Shown one piece after another: positions 1-12,893 of a stretch of DNA of 64,000 bases (positions are counted from its first letter, which is position 1; every line of letters starts with the position of its first letter). Below the pieces are notes generated by a model. The model searched no databases. It saw only the letters and a program-made list of their open reading frames with translations, and was not told the DNA's origin. Origin of the DNA: Amphiscolops sp. MND2022 (Eukaryota); the NCBI GenBank assembly GCA_964187785.1, contig OZ076409.1, positions 99,574,001 to 99,638,000 of the forward strand, read 5' to 3'. Position numbers and translations under genes: made by a program.

Positions 1-239
1 TTCATCTTCATCACTAAGAATGTCAGTATCATTAAGAATTGTCGATTGTTGTAAAAGAGATTTTGCTTGGTTTTTTGTAGGCTTTTTATATTTTGATTCG
101 AATGGAACAATAAATTGAAAAGAGAAGGAATCTAAAGGCTTTATGTGTATTTCTTCTCCTTTGTTATTTATACGGATAGAGAGTTGGTCGTCTCCGTAGT
201 CAGCAAGGATAGGATGACAATCATTCTTTTGATTATATT

Positions 240-3200
240 TTATTTTACTAAATAATGTACTGGTTTGAGTTGATTATCTTTCATGATAGAGAAATCTATT
301 TGAGGTGGTAATTGTTTGTGTCGTAATTGGTGTACTTGTAGCTGTTCTTTTGTAAAGGTTCGTGAAAGCATATCTGCTACAGTTAAATTTTTTCCAGGGG
401 TATGAATGATTTTTAGTTTGGAGAATGTGGTTAGTTGCATTTGTGCTCTATAGAATCTGGGACTAAGATTTCCTTTCTTTGCGAAACAATGTAGTAAAGG
501 CTTGTGATCTGTGAAGAAGTATATAGGATGAGGAGATCCAATGATCAAAAATTCATATATTTGCAATGCGTAAACTATTGCAAGAAGTTCTCTATCTAAA
601 GTTGAAAGTTTTTGTTCTTGTGTGTTGAGAATTCTGGAGTTATAAGAGATTACTTTCATCTTAATTTCTTCGTTCATTTGGAATAAGACTGCGCCTAAAC
701 CTACTAACGAAGCATCTACTGTTATGAAAAATGGATGCGTGGTGTTGGGTATTGTCAATTCAGTGTTTGCTGTCATTGTATTTTTAACAGTTTGAAATAT
801 TTTTTCTAATTCAGGTGTCCATTGAAATTTAACATCATCATGTAGCAATGTATACAATGGTTTAAGGTTTATATGAAGTTTTTCAATGAATTTTGAATAA
901 AAGTTAACACTGCCAAGAAATTGCATAACATCTTTCTTTTCTTTTGGTGATGGAATTCTTTTAATAGCTTCAATTTTGGATGGAATTGGTTTAATTGTGT
1001 TGTTACCAATTTCATGTCCAAGGAATTTTACTTCGAGTAACATGTAGAACGATTTTTCAGGTGCAAGTTTGAGATTTTCTCGAGATGCTATTGTATGTAA
1101 TTCTTTTATAAGTTCAAATATTTCTTGTTTTTCGTTTGCGAGTAATAAAATATCATCGATATAAACTAACGCAGAACGTTTGTCTATAAGCGATCTAAAG
1201 AAAGTTGACATTTGTTTTGTAAAAAAGTTTGGAAGTCCTTTTATTCCATAAAATCCACGGATAAAGGCGTATAATTTGTCACCGGATGAAAATCCTGTAA
1301 GTTTAATTGTTTCTTCGTCTAATGGTGTATGAGCATATGCATACATTAGATCAATGGTTGATTTGTATTTTTTATTGGCTCTAGCTAATTGAGGAGCTAA
1401 AAGTTCAATAGGCCAAGATTCAAGTTCTTGGTTAGTGTTTGAGTTTAGATGTCTTGCGTCTAAAACAACTTTTATTGCGTCTCCTTTGGGGATAATAATT
1501 AAAGGGTTTAAAAATGTTTTTCCAATAGTATGTTTTTCATCTGTTGTTGAACCAATTTGTTTTATGATGTTGTATTTTTCAAGTTCTAAAAAAAGTTTAT
1601 TTAGTCTATCTCTATAATGAATAGGTACTTTAGAAGGTCTTTGTGTGTGAAGTTTACAATTATCTTTTATTCTAATTCGAAAGGGAGTAGAAATCTTTCC
1701 TACGTCGTTCTTATGTTTGGCGTAACAATTTTGGTTATTAATTAGAATATTGCAGAGGTTTACATATTCTGTATCGGTTAAATCTGAGTATTCAAAATTT
1801 AACTTCTTTATGAATTGTTGATTTTCTGTAAAATAGGGTAATGGAGGGAAATCTTTTCGAATTTTATCTGAAGGTCGAAGGTTTCCAGTAACAGAAGGTA
1901 TAGGAAGTTGAAGTGTTTTTTCGTTAATTTCTATCTTGTTAATTTCTAATAGGGATTGTGGTGTTACCCTAGTACATAAGTTCATATCTGTATATGGATT
2001 TTGTTTAATCGGAGTTGTGGTATCAGGGTGATACGCATGTATTACAGAGTGAATAAGTGAATTTACATCGTTAACTCTGTAGTGAGGAGGAGTTGTTTGA
2101 GTAATAGGTATTTCTGTATATCCAATAATTCCTCGTGGTAATGTAGCTGGGTAAGATGTAAAGTTTTGAATTATGGTTGCACATGAGTCTTTGCTTTTTT
2201 CATTGACTATCATATCTAAGAAGTGAAAGATATTTTTGAATTTTTGTAAGAAATATGTATATGGGTTTGTTGGGTAGAACTTTGTATTATCTTCAATTTC
2301 AAAGTGTAGATTTGAATAGTTTTTAATTGGGAAATGTATGGTTTTTCCTGACCTTGGTTTAAAGTGAATTGGTTCCTTACATTTAATAGTATAAATGTAA
2401 GAATTATATGGGTAATCTTTTTCTGTAAATGTGGAAAATGTAGTTTTTGTTGGGAGCTTTGGATGTTGTTCTATGTAAGTCATAAAATTTTGTTGGAAAT
2501 CAATATTTTGGATGTGCTTTTTGAAAAAGCGTGTTCCAAGAATGTTGTATTTGATATTTGCTACGGCAAAATCGATATTGAAGGATCGTGTTTTGTGATT
2601 TACTTCAGTGAAACAGGTCATCGAAATATAATGTATTATTGGTACTTCAGTTTGGTTTGCAACTGTAAGAGTTTTGGCTCTTTTGTTTTGGAGGTTAGTT
2701 GGAACATTGATGTTTAATTGTATGGAAATTACATGAAATGTTGGTAAATTCAAAACAGATATGGATGCTCCAGTATCTAAGAGGAATAAGATTTCTAATT
2801 TTGAAGGTAATATGTTATCATTTGTTTCAGAAGCGTGAATATATAGTGGATAAAACCAACTATAAGGAGTGATTGTATTAGCTATTTTAGTTATTTGACA
2901 GGTGTGGATTTCAAATTTTGTACTATCATTTTCTTTTGCAGATTTAACGTCTACTTGATTTATTCTGTTTTGTTGTCTGTTTCTTGAGGGTGTTCTAGAT
3001 CTTGATCTAAAATCTCTAGGTCTTGATGGAGATCTATATGGATAATTAGATCGTTTAAAGGAGTTTCCTTGTGATTGAGAACGAGATCTGTATATTGAGC
3101 GAGAATTATATCTGTAATTTGAGTTATTTCTGTATGGAGATCTATATGGAGATCTAGATGGAGTTCTTCTTTGATAATAATTATCAAATCGAGATCTATA

Positions 3201-4160
3201 CGGACTTCGGGATCGATTATAATATCTTTGTCGAGAGTTTGATCTATAGTTGTTTTGCGAATATTCTCTACTATTGCTACGATATCTATCATTGTTTTTG
3301 TATCTATCATTATAGTAGTTTTGATTATATTCATTACGATCATTATCTGAGGAGTAAGGATTTGTATTGTCATTTCGATTTTCCTGAGGATTATTAGGTT
3401 TACTGCGAAAATATTGTACAAAGGATTGTTGAGGAGTTCGTGATCTTTGGTTATTGTATTTCTGGTATTCGTCATCACGTTGTTTTTGATAACAATTTGA
3501 AATACTATGATTATTTTTGTGACAGTAGGAACAATATTTTCTATACGCTGGTTTGCTGTTGTTATTTGGGTCTCCAGTTTGAGTAATCATTATCTGGTCT
3601 TCATGTTCAAATTCTTTTTTGTTAGTATCATCTTCAAGCGATACTTTGTTTATTTCTAGGGCTAAGTCGTTAGTTCTAATTTTTTCATTAGCAATATCTT
3701 CAGAATCGACATGTCTAACAAGTGTATGAAATGGTATTGAAGGTTCAAGTAATGTTGATACATGTTTAACTTGTCGTTTGTGAGCAAAATCTTTTAACTT
3801 CTTGGGTAACCCTTTTGTAAAGATTTCATTATTTTTGAGATTTATGGTAGCTGCATTTTCATTACACCATCCCTTTTTAACTAATTGTTGTACTCTAAGA
3901 GCAAAGTGGCGAACTGTTTTATTATCCTTTTTCATGAGTGACATTGCTTCTACTTGAGCGTAGTAAGCAGTTTTTTGAGATGACAATTGTTCTTTGAATA
4001 TTTGTACAAAGGAATTCCATTGTTGTTTATATGATATATGGAGGTTAGTGTACCAATCGAGAGCTGTTCCTGTTAGTGAACATTGTATGTGAGCCATGCG
4101 TCTGTTATGCCAAGATTTGTATTTCATAGGATTATTTTGAGGTTCTTCACCTATGGCCAA
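240..4160 (-). pseudogene. Gag-Pol of Gypsy A: Gag capsid-like region, zinc knuckle, RS-rich tract, protease, RT, RNase H
   Basis: CSYCHKNNHSISNC, LLDTGASIS, YNILG, YIDDILL, VDAS/RELLA/TDHKPL. Frame continues upstream through an in-frame TAA (~4180: MKPFDGLDHSYTPEDCLH*VEARL) and downstream of 240 via a frameshift. Confidence 0.92.
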
Positions 4161-6069
4161 GGTTAATCTTGCTTCGACTTAATGTAGACAATCTTCGGGG
4201 GTGTAAGAATGGTCTAAACCATCAAAAGGTTTCATAGGTTCTGGTATTGAAGCGGACATGTTTATAAAGGTATCTTGTGGCATTGGTAAATATTGGGGTG
4301 GAGGAGCTAATTGTTGTGTGAGTGGTGGAGGTGTATGTTGGATTGTATTTGGTGGTAATGGGTTAGGATTAGGGTTAGGATTTGGATTTGGATGCGTTTG
4401 ATACAGAGGGTCAGTTGGTATATGTGTGAATGGAGGATTATGAAGTCTTCTTTGAGAATTCTGTGTAATATTAGAATAAGAAGTGGAAGTATACGAGGTT
4501 CCTTGATTTTGAGAATATATATTCTGGGACGTATTGGTCTTTGATAATTGTATGAAGGGGTTTTGTGTTGTTGGAGTTGTTTTAATTTGAAAGTGGTGTT
4601 GGTTGATATTTGTATTGGTATTTGTATTTGATGGAGGATAAAAGTTATAATTAAATGGATCGTAATATCGGTTGGAAGTTTGGGGATTATCATTAAAATT
4701 GTTGCTGGAAGAGGTCGATCTGTTTGAGCGAAAGGCGGAGGGAATTGATGAGGATCATATCTAGGTCGAGTAATGTATCTTGTAGAAACAGAATTAGTTC
4801 TTGTTGGAGATGCAACATTAACAGAAGTATTCTGAGCACTAGATGTAGTCAGAGTATCATATTGTAATGTATCATGGGTTTCATCATGTATGTCATCTGT
4901 ATGTGGAAGGTTAAAAGTTATATTACGGTTTGGAGATGTAGCTAAGTGAGATTGAGGACTATGTGTAGTTTGTCTTTGGTTTACAACTCTAGTGGGAACT
5001 CTAAAGGAGTGAGTATGTACTGATGTTGATGTCCCTGTTTGTGATGGATTATGTGTTGAGATTGTAGATTCTTGGGTAGTAAACTCATTATTGTTATAGT
5101 TTTCAGGTTGACTTTGTTGTTGGGTTGTATTTTCCTGATCGGTGTTATCATCTTCAGTAGAATTGTTAGTGTTAAAATGTAAATTTTGTTGATCTTGAGA
5201 ATTTTGTTGATAGTGGTAAGGTCTATTATCTGCGAATAGATCATTTTCTGTAATTAATAGAGGATCGAAACGTATGTAATCTAAGGTTTGTTTTGTAATT
5301 AATTGAGGTTTATGAAAGTAAGGGTGTTCATTTTGTTCACTGATGATGAATGGTAAACATTCTTCTAATGTAAAATGATCTGGAAATGCTGTAAAAGCAG
5401 ATTGATCTTGTTGGGACCATAATAGTTGATAATTAAATCTGAAGTATTTTCTGAGAAATAAAGATATTACTTTGATCTGAGGAATTGTTTGGTCATTTAA
5501 TGTTAGGTCTTTGAAGTAATGGTAGAATTATGTTTTTGAATAACGAAATTTTGAATTCGTAATATATCAGCTTGTAACCAATGATGGGGGTTGTCTTCAG
5601 GATTAACTAATCTTTCAATAATTTCTACGTCGAAATTGTCTATGTATCGTTGAAGATCGTCGAGTGCATTTGGACTATATTTTGGAATTTCCTGTGCTAA
5701 GTTGTGGTCTTTTACATTGTTTAGAAAAGCATGAAAAACTTGTTTAATAGGAACTTGAAGGTTTATTGGGTTTATTGTTCTTCTGTATATATGAGATGAA
5801 TTAGGTCTTTGTTGAGGAAAGGATGTTTGAAAAGTTGGGTATTCTTCGGTGATTGTTAAAACTTTATATCTAATATAGAAAAGGTATGTGTCCAAATGTT
5901 CTCTAACAAGAGGGATTGTTTCAATTGTGTGTGGTTCATTTTCAAATGGGAGTGGTTGTGTATAATGTGAAATAATGTTTTGTAGGAATGGGTTTAGTTC
6001 TAATTTTACAACTTTTGCATTTTTAATGGTGGGGGTTTGAAAAGGTAAATAGGTTGTTGTTAAGGACAT
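4161..6069 (-). pseudogene. Frameshifted N-terminal Gag extension of Gypsy A (Pro/Gln/Asn-rich)
   Basis: ATG at 6069 (MSLTTTYLP...), fragmented frames with the same A-rich coding bias leading into the 240-4160 ORF. Confidence 0.65.
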
Positions 6070-7424
6070 CCTTCTAAAGTTTGTCTCTTATCACCGTAAG
6101 TATTTTTTCAAGAAGAACACAAACTATAAATAAGACACAAAACGTGTATGTTGTAATTAGTACTACTGTGGTAACCTTTTCCCACATGTTATAATGTGAA
6201 GGTGAGAACGTTGCAATTGATTTTATATATATTTTCTAAGTTGGAGCTCTTGGGTAATGTCGTTGTTGATTTATGATAAAGAAAAAATATTGTTGATATC
6301 GTTCAATTAATCTTTCAAAATCGTTTGGTGTAGGGTTTTGAAGTGAGCTAATTGGTGGAATGTAAAAGTTGAAAGGATAAATTGCTTGGTTTGGGTTCAT
6401 ATAAATTGTATTGTAATTTGAAGTTATTTGAGAAGTTAATAGTTTGGGATAGAAAAGAAAAAAGCGGGTGCAGTAGGATCTGTATTCAACCTCAAAGGAT
6501 TGCTAACAGAAACTAAATGTTATTTTAAGTCTGGATCACTTTTAGGTGTCTAAAATAAGGTTACTGACACGTCCAGAAAAACTAAGATTGTTTTAGTTTT
6601 AAGTGGGTTGTGTGTTTTAAGACTAAGGGAGTGGAACTCTGAACAATCAACGTCCACTATCCAAAGTCTGATCAATACTGATCAAGATCAAAGTTTGATC
6701 TTTGTTTCTTTTACTTTTACTTTTACTTTCTGAGAATTTTGAAGATTCGAACGTAGTTCGGTGTCCTCTCGATTCTCCTTGAAGACGTTTACACTTAACT
6801 AAGATTTTTAGTCAATCTTAGAATCAGAGTAAGCTGGTGAGGCTGTCTGAATGGCTAAGTCTTACGGGCGGGGATAGGAATTGTGGGTGCCTGAAAGTAG
6901 AAAACTAACTTTACTTTTGTGTTATTTACATGCTATATTTTAAGTTTTAAAGCAAAAGAGTTGTGAGAATTGTATGTGGTATTTTGTTAAAATAATTGTT
7001 TTGTAGGATTATGTTAAAATTATTATCATTGAAAGTACTAGAGATAAGGTTGAGTGTACTTTGTGTTGTTGTTTTTGTTGGTTATTGAAAAATTTTTTGA
7101 AGTTACTTGTATTATTCAAGTTTTGTGAATTTATTTGTATTATTTGTCGACAATATGAAAAGAAAGGGAATAGTGCGTGGTTGTTTTTTGTAGTTAGTCT
7201 TGGTTGCCTTTTTTTTGTTTTCAGAGTCTATTTCTGAAATTTTTTTGTAGGAAATTTTGTAGAAAGGGGATCCGAAACGTAAAAGTAGAAAATCCAGAAT
7301 TTCTGCCAACACGAAGTTGATCTTGAGACGTATATGTTTATAGGTGAGCGGAGTTGGACATGCACTCAGTCAACTATTACACCAGGAGTCCACCTGACGT
7401 CCAAGATAGCAGGATTGAAGAAAG

Positions 7425-7756
7425 TTGCTGTGTCAAAGGTGTTAGAAAACCTTGATAAACCAGACAAATGTTGCTGTGTCAAAGGTGTTAGAAAACCTTG
7501 ATAAACCAGACAAACATCAAAGAACTGTTTCAACAAGCTTCCGGATTAGCTGTGATAAATCAGTATAGAGAACAGAACTGTGTCACTTTGGATAAATCAG
7601 TCTGGAAAAAGAAGAAAAACAGAACTGTGTCACAGTGGATAAATCAGTCTGAGATGAAACCGTTTCAACGTATTGGAAAACGTGATGAACCGGTATGGCA
7701 AGAAGAACAGGAAGAAGAACCGTGTCAACGTGTTAGAAAACGTGATAAACCGGTAG
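7425..7756. repeat. Short tandem repeats in the leader of Gypsy A
   Basis: GTTGCTGTGTCAAAGGTGTTAGAAAACCTTGATAAACCAGACAAA x2, followed by degenerate GATAAATCAGT..AGAACTGTGTCA and AACCGT.TCAACGT..T.GAAAACGTGAT.AACCGGTA pairs. Confidence 0.85.
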
Positions 7757-7970
7757 CGAAGAAAATTTGTTATATTAAAGTTGATTGTTGTAGTGGAGAA
7801 ATAGTGTTTCGAACGATGATGTATTTATTGATGAAATTTAGAAAGTCACAGACCAAACTTTCAAGAAATTCTAGAAAGATTTCACTGCAATTCCATAGAA
7901 TTTCAAATATGGAGAGTGGTATTTGTATGATCGTTGAGAGAAGAGAAATCATCCAGGAGAAAAGGCAAAA

Positions 7971-7988
7971 ATTTTACAAGTCGCACCA
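7971..7988 (-). promoter_or_regulatory. Primer-binding site of Gypsy A (TGGTGCGACTTG...)
   Basis: TGG begins 3 nt inside the LTR CA end; primer tRNA not confidently identified. Confidence 0.7.
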
Positions 7989-7991
7989 AAT

Positions 7992-8260
7992 TGTGCTGCT
8001 TTTAATGGTTGGTTAGTTCTTTGGATGGTCTTATACGCAACTATTAAAAGCGGCTGAGAGACAGGCTAGCTAGCTTACTTTATTACTACTAGTTCGAGGT
8101 GTTAGAAGTAGAACAAAAAGGAAGTCAACTGAATACTGATTATTAGTTTTCTCTCTCTGAGGGAGTAGAGATTTACAATCATTCAATAACAAATAAATGT
8201 ACATTCTAGAACATTCTATAAACATCTAAATACTATTGGTTATTAATGTAGGTCAGTACA
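7992..8260 (-). repeat. 5' LTR of Gypsy A (269 bp)
   Basis: TG...CA termini with imperfect inverted repeat TGTGCTG/CAGTACA; adjacent to PBS; partner LTR outside the window. Confidence 0.75.
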
Positions 8261-9271
8261 ATATTGAACATCGAAACAATGAATTTAATGGACAAAAATG
8301 TCAGTTATATTTGTCTGTTTTGTTTTTTTTCGGTTCTCATTTTTTTCAATACTGCCCCGCTAACTGGCAGTATAATCTCGTCAGAAGCATATCATTCTTG
8401 AGCGAAAAACTTGTTCATCATATCGTGCGCCACAAGAGCAGATTTGACTGAGATGTGCTCCGGTGGATCACCTTGGTCATCGACTTCTATAACTTCGTCA
8501 TTTTCACCCGTCTGTATCTCTTCGGTAATTTCTTTATTTGTTGCGGCATAATTGGTCACCACGGTTTTGTCAATCAATACATAATCTTTGACGTCAATTA
8601 CATCTTCAGGGTAGAATTGAGACAGTAAATCTTGCATTTTGTGACTCTCAACAACGAAGATGTCTGTTGCATCCTGTACACTTTCAGATTTGGACAAACC
8701 AGTTTTCCTGAAACAGTTCATATATGTAGGTTTAGTATTTTCGCGCCAGGCATCTCGTTTTAACAAAATGGCGGATAAAAGTGAAACAGTGAATTGCTCT
8801 TCATTTTCGATCTTCCCTTCATCCAAATGGCTGATGATAGATTTCAAAAGTTTGTTAAGGTAATGCCGTTTGAAAGCATAGATAATTCCAGCATCACAAG
8901 GTTATAAAACAGATGTTGTATTAGGTAGAAACTCCAGATAAAACTCTAGCTGATATTCCATATCTATCTTTCCATAGATAAAGTTTGACTGCCGCTTTTG
9001 TCAACAGCAAGAATAATTTCCATTTTCTGTGCTGATGTTAGAGTTATACGCGTGACTGCGCTGGTTGAAGGTATTGTCATTATCTGAAATGTGAATACAT
9101 CTACATGTATACACACGCTTACTTATTTTGGTAGCAACATCAACATTTCTCAAAAAAGTGACTTCTTATAACCGTTGTCGCGTTTTGGGTTGTATAAAAC
9201 AGGCCGAGTGAAAATGTTTCTTATATCCAAAAGTTTCTTTTATCCGGGTTTCTTTTATCCGAGTTCGACTG
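8261..9271 (-). mobile_element. Tigger/pogo (Tc1-mariner superfamily) DNA transposon remnant, interrupted by Gypsy A
   Basis: Minus-strand FLPNTTSVL*PCDAGIIYAFKRHY...DAW...NCFRKTG (DDE_1-type C-terminus); terminus CAGTCGAACTCGGATAA flanked by TA at 9272-9273. Confidence 0.85.
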
Positions 9272-9904
9272 TATAATCCTTTACCTCAGGCCTGTCTTTA
9301 GAAGACCTACCCACTGGACCTATACCGCTTAGGTATATAGAAAGAAACTACGTCATGCCTATGTCAAGAAATTCGTTGAACAAAATGAATAGTAGCAACA
9401 AGAAGTACAAATCGCTCAAAACACTAACCTGAACGAATTTGATACACAAAAAAATTTCCTTCTAGGTTCACAAGAAACTGTGGAGAAAATCTAGTCAAGC
9501 AATTACCGTCTGTGACAATCAACGATGAGCTCTATGCCAAGTCTGTGACAAACACACTCAGCTGGGAATACTAAGATAATTTACCATTTGCCGGTACAAG
9601 TAAAAATCACGTCGACTATACGTTCCTATATGATTTATGAAAGCTCTACGTCAGGTCTACGTCAGGTTTAAAATAGTTTAATGTGAAACCATCGAATACT
9701 GCCCGGAATAAAATTTTGACCAATTCGCTGAATATGCGCTCTACAAAATCGACGTTCTTATAAAATACTCACCCAAATTCATAGAAATCGGTTTTTTAAG
9801 AGTCAATTATATATTTATATCAATAAAGCAAAGGAAAAACTTCTTTTTGTACTTTTCAACACTTTATCCTGTTTTTATCCATTCATAAACCTAATGTTAC
9901 TGTG

Positions 9905-10280
9905 GGTGACTATTCAAATCGTAGAATATTCAAACCGTCGAAAAAATCAAAGCTATTCAAAGCGTCGAAAGAATTCCATAGCAGCGATTATTTCCAGGAT
10001 ATAATTTGAAGAGGTTAGCATATTTGTTGTATGGCTCGGTCGCTTCGCTCCCTTCGCCAAGTAGCAACATTGAGGCATGGCCACATGGCACGTCGCTCCG
10101 CTTCGCTTCGCTCCTGCATTTAGGGCACTAGGGGTATGTGAACATAGCTGACTACGTTATCGTAATTTTGAATGCTCAAATTTGATTGGCCGAAATCAAT
10201 TCATTCCATTACGTCATACCATGCTCGCTACATTAATACGTGTTCGACGCTTTGAATATTCTACGATTTGAACTGTCCCC
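9905..10280. mobile_element. Non-autonomous TIR element (Mutator- or Merlin-like MITE)
   Basis: ~37-bp imperfect TIRs (GGTGACTATTCAAATCGTAGAATATTCAAA / revcomp GGGGACAGTTCAAATCGTAGAATATTCAAA); 9-bp TSD GTTACTGTG at 9896-9904 and 10281-10289. Confidence 0.88.
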
Positions 10281-10304
10281 GTTACTGTGCTGTCTATACT
10301 GAAG

Positions 10305-11929
10305 TAGAGGTGCGAACCAGCCGAGTCAGCCGCCGCCTACTGCATGCGTGGGTACCGTGCAACTGGCCGACTGTTCAATTGGAAGAATGTGCAACTAGCC
10401 GAATGCGTGAATAGAAAATTACGATAACGTAGTCAGATATGTTCACATACTCCTAGTGCCCTAAATGCAGGAGCGAAGCGAAGCGGAGCGACGTGCCATA
10501 CGGCCATGCCTCAATGTTGCTACTTGGCGAAGGGAGCGAAGCGACCGAGCCATACAACAAATATGCTAACCACTTCAAATAACAACCTGAAAATAATCGC
10601 TGATATGGAATTTTTCGACGCGTTTTTCGAACGTTGTTTTTTTCCGACAAGATGATGAAATTTCCGAAACCGTCTCGTATTTCCATTAACTAATCAAATT
10701 CTCCGACAAGATGATGAAATTACCGAAACCGTCTCGTATTTCCAATAACCAATCAAATTCAATTTCATCATTCAATCAGTCGGTCAGTTGCGCTTTCGTT
10801 CAGTTGATCAGTCGGCCAGTTGAAGTAGACTCTGCATGCGTTACGCGCCGCCGCCGGCCGTTTCTATCGGCTGAGCCGACAACTGCTGCTCGTTTCTGAT
10901 TGGCTCACGACTCGAGTCGTGTCGCGATTACGCAATTACGTTAGTCGGCAACCAATCCGATTACGAATTCACGACAATTGCCTCATCGTCCCATGGACTT
11001 ACTTACTTACTGGTTTCACCTTTCACACGTGGACTGGTTGGATAATTCCTTGCTGCAGATAGGCAATGGCAACTAATTTGAAAAATTATCGCGTTAGCAT
11101 CGACTCTTTCAAAACCGGGTAGCTTAGTTTGGACTTACTTTGGACAGTTAACTGACCAAGATGGAACTATTATTGAACCAGACAAACTATTCTGCTCAGA
11201 ATGCCTCAAAGGTGAAACTTCCGAAAGTTCATCAAGACTGAAAGCAGCGAAATCGTATAGTAAAAGTACTTCGACAGGAAATCTCAAGACGCATTTACTC
11301 GAAAGCCACAGTATCTCGGATTTACCATCATCCCAAGACAAAAGGACAATAAAACAGTGGTTCGCTCCCCAAACTACAAATCGACAACTAGGCGGTAAAA
11401 ACTTGAAGCTCGCGGAAGATATGTTCCTACTTTGCGCAAAAGATCTTTATCCATTTCAGATTGCTGAGAAAGAAGGATTCATAGATTTTAGCAAAAAATA
11501 TCTGCCCACCAAGTGTTTACCGATTCGACAGGCCATCGTTAGGGCGTGTGCTAGAGTCTACCAAGGTGTCCGAAATAACGTGCATGAGATTTTAAAGGCA
11601 TCAGATAATCTCGATTGGTGGAAACTGCATTACGGCCAGTTCCCGCTTTTGGCGAAACTGGCAAGATGTTTGTTTTCCATTCCTGCAACTTCCGCTGCAA
11701 TCGAACGAGTGTGGAGTTCTTCCGGATTGACTATTACAAACAGACGCTCCACACTTGGCCCGAGAAATTTTAAGCACTTGCTGTTCGTACATGAAAACTA
11801 TCATTTTGTTAAAAGCACGATTTGATTTAAATAGAAATGCAATTCACAAACACCTACTTTTTTATTTTCGCCGAAGAATTTCACGCTGCGCCGCCGTTGT
11901 CTGGTTAACCCAACCGGCGCCCACCTCTA
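10305..11929 (+). mobile_element. Internally deleted hAT transposon
   Basis: TIR TAGAGGTG...CACCTCTA; perfect 8-bp TSD TACTGAAG (10297-10304, 11930-11937); transposase fragments. Confidence 0.93.
11082..11825 (+). pseudogene. Truncated hAT transposase: BED finger and DNA-binding region fused in frame to the C-terminal dimerisation domain, catalytic core absent
   Basis: SLVWTYF..CSEC..STGNLKTHLLESH; DLYPFQIAEKEGF; LDWWK..FPLLAKLARCLFSIPATSAAIERVWS. Confidence 0.85.
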
Positions 11930-12113
11930 TACTGAAGGTTGTATACCAATAATGTGATGCTACCGTTCCTCCTAAACTAGTTGAATGCTGCGAGTTGACG
12001 ATTTACATTTGACATGAAATGACGTACTACAAGCGTCTTGGGCTGAATCAAAACTCCAAGTTCAGTTTATTACTATGACGCAAAAATTTGATTTTTGGGA
12101 TGGTGTTATAAGT

Positions 12114-12252
12114 TCCCAGTGTAAAAACTCTTGCAACTCTTGATAAGAATCTTGGATATTCCTGAATTTCTTGGTAAGAATCTTGCCAAGATTCTTACCA
12201 AGAAATCCACGAATTTGCAAGATCTTGCAAGATCGTGCCAAGAAATTCAAGA
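12114..12252. repeat. Palindrome-rich MITE-like fragment starting CCCAG
   Basis: ATTTCTTGGTAAGAATCTTG-C-CAAGATTCTTACCAAGAAAT hairpin plus repeated TCTTG/CAAGA motifs; second end not found. Confidence 0.5.
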
Positions 12253-12893
12253 GATGAACTAACAAAAGTGAATGAAAACAAACAAAAATCGACGCCAACT
12301 GCAGCTTGATCAGCGTACCTCTTATGCCGCAGCTTTTCGCGCTACCAACCAAGCTATCACGTTCTGAAATTCACTACTTTGTGTTGTCCTATATTCAATA
12401 CTTCAAAGAATGATAGTGTAGCTGGTAGTGCGAACATTTCTTTCTTCCATTTGTTCACTCGCCTGCGTTGAGCGTTCAAATTAACTTAATCATTCAAGCT
12501 CAAGTTGGGTTAGATCAATGAATATGAAACCTTTTTTCCCTGGTTTATTTCTGACTCACTAGAAAGAAACGTTCCTCTGTAAGGAATGTTGCTCCACCAA
12601 AAGAAGTTATGACGAGGATACAATCAGAACAACAGCGAACAAATTTCTTCCCAAATTTGGTATCGTATTGCCCATGCTGGGCATGATCAAAAGAAGCGCA
12701 GCCCTGATAATACCGGAAATGACTAATATTCAGATCGGTTTTGGGGCAGACTAGGGCGAACAAATGATGTTAGGAAAGTAAAAATATGAACGATTCTAAG
12801 GTATAGGCTAATCTGTTCTTTTGATAGCTTGTGTGAACTTGTCTAATTTGAAATTGAAATTCTACCCACTTTCAATTTTTTTCTAAAATGACC

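Larger units (their letters stand above)
1..8260 (-). mobile_element. Ty3/Gypsy LTR retrotransposon A (5' part; integrase and 3' LTR lie beyond the left window edge)
   Basis: 5' LTR 7992-8260, PBS, ~1.9-kb leader, gag-pol with CCHC, PR, RT and RNase H motifs. Confidence 0.93.

Noticed and set aside
7425..7756. CRISPR-like array
   Set aside because: Repeats are contiguous or degenerate with no unique spacers; no cas genes; eukaryotic context
7498..8016. 172-aa plus-strand ORF
   Set aside because: Antisense to Gypsy A's leader and built from tandem repeats; no motif
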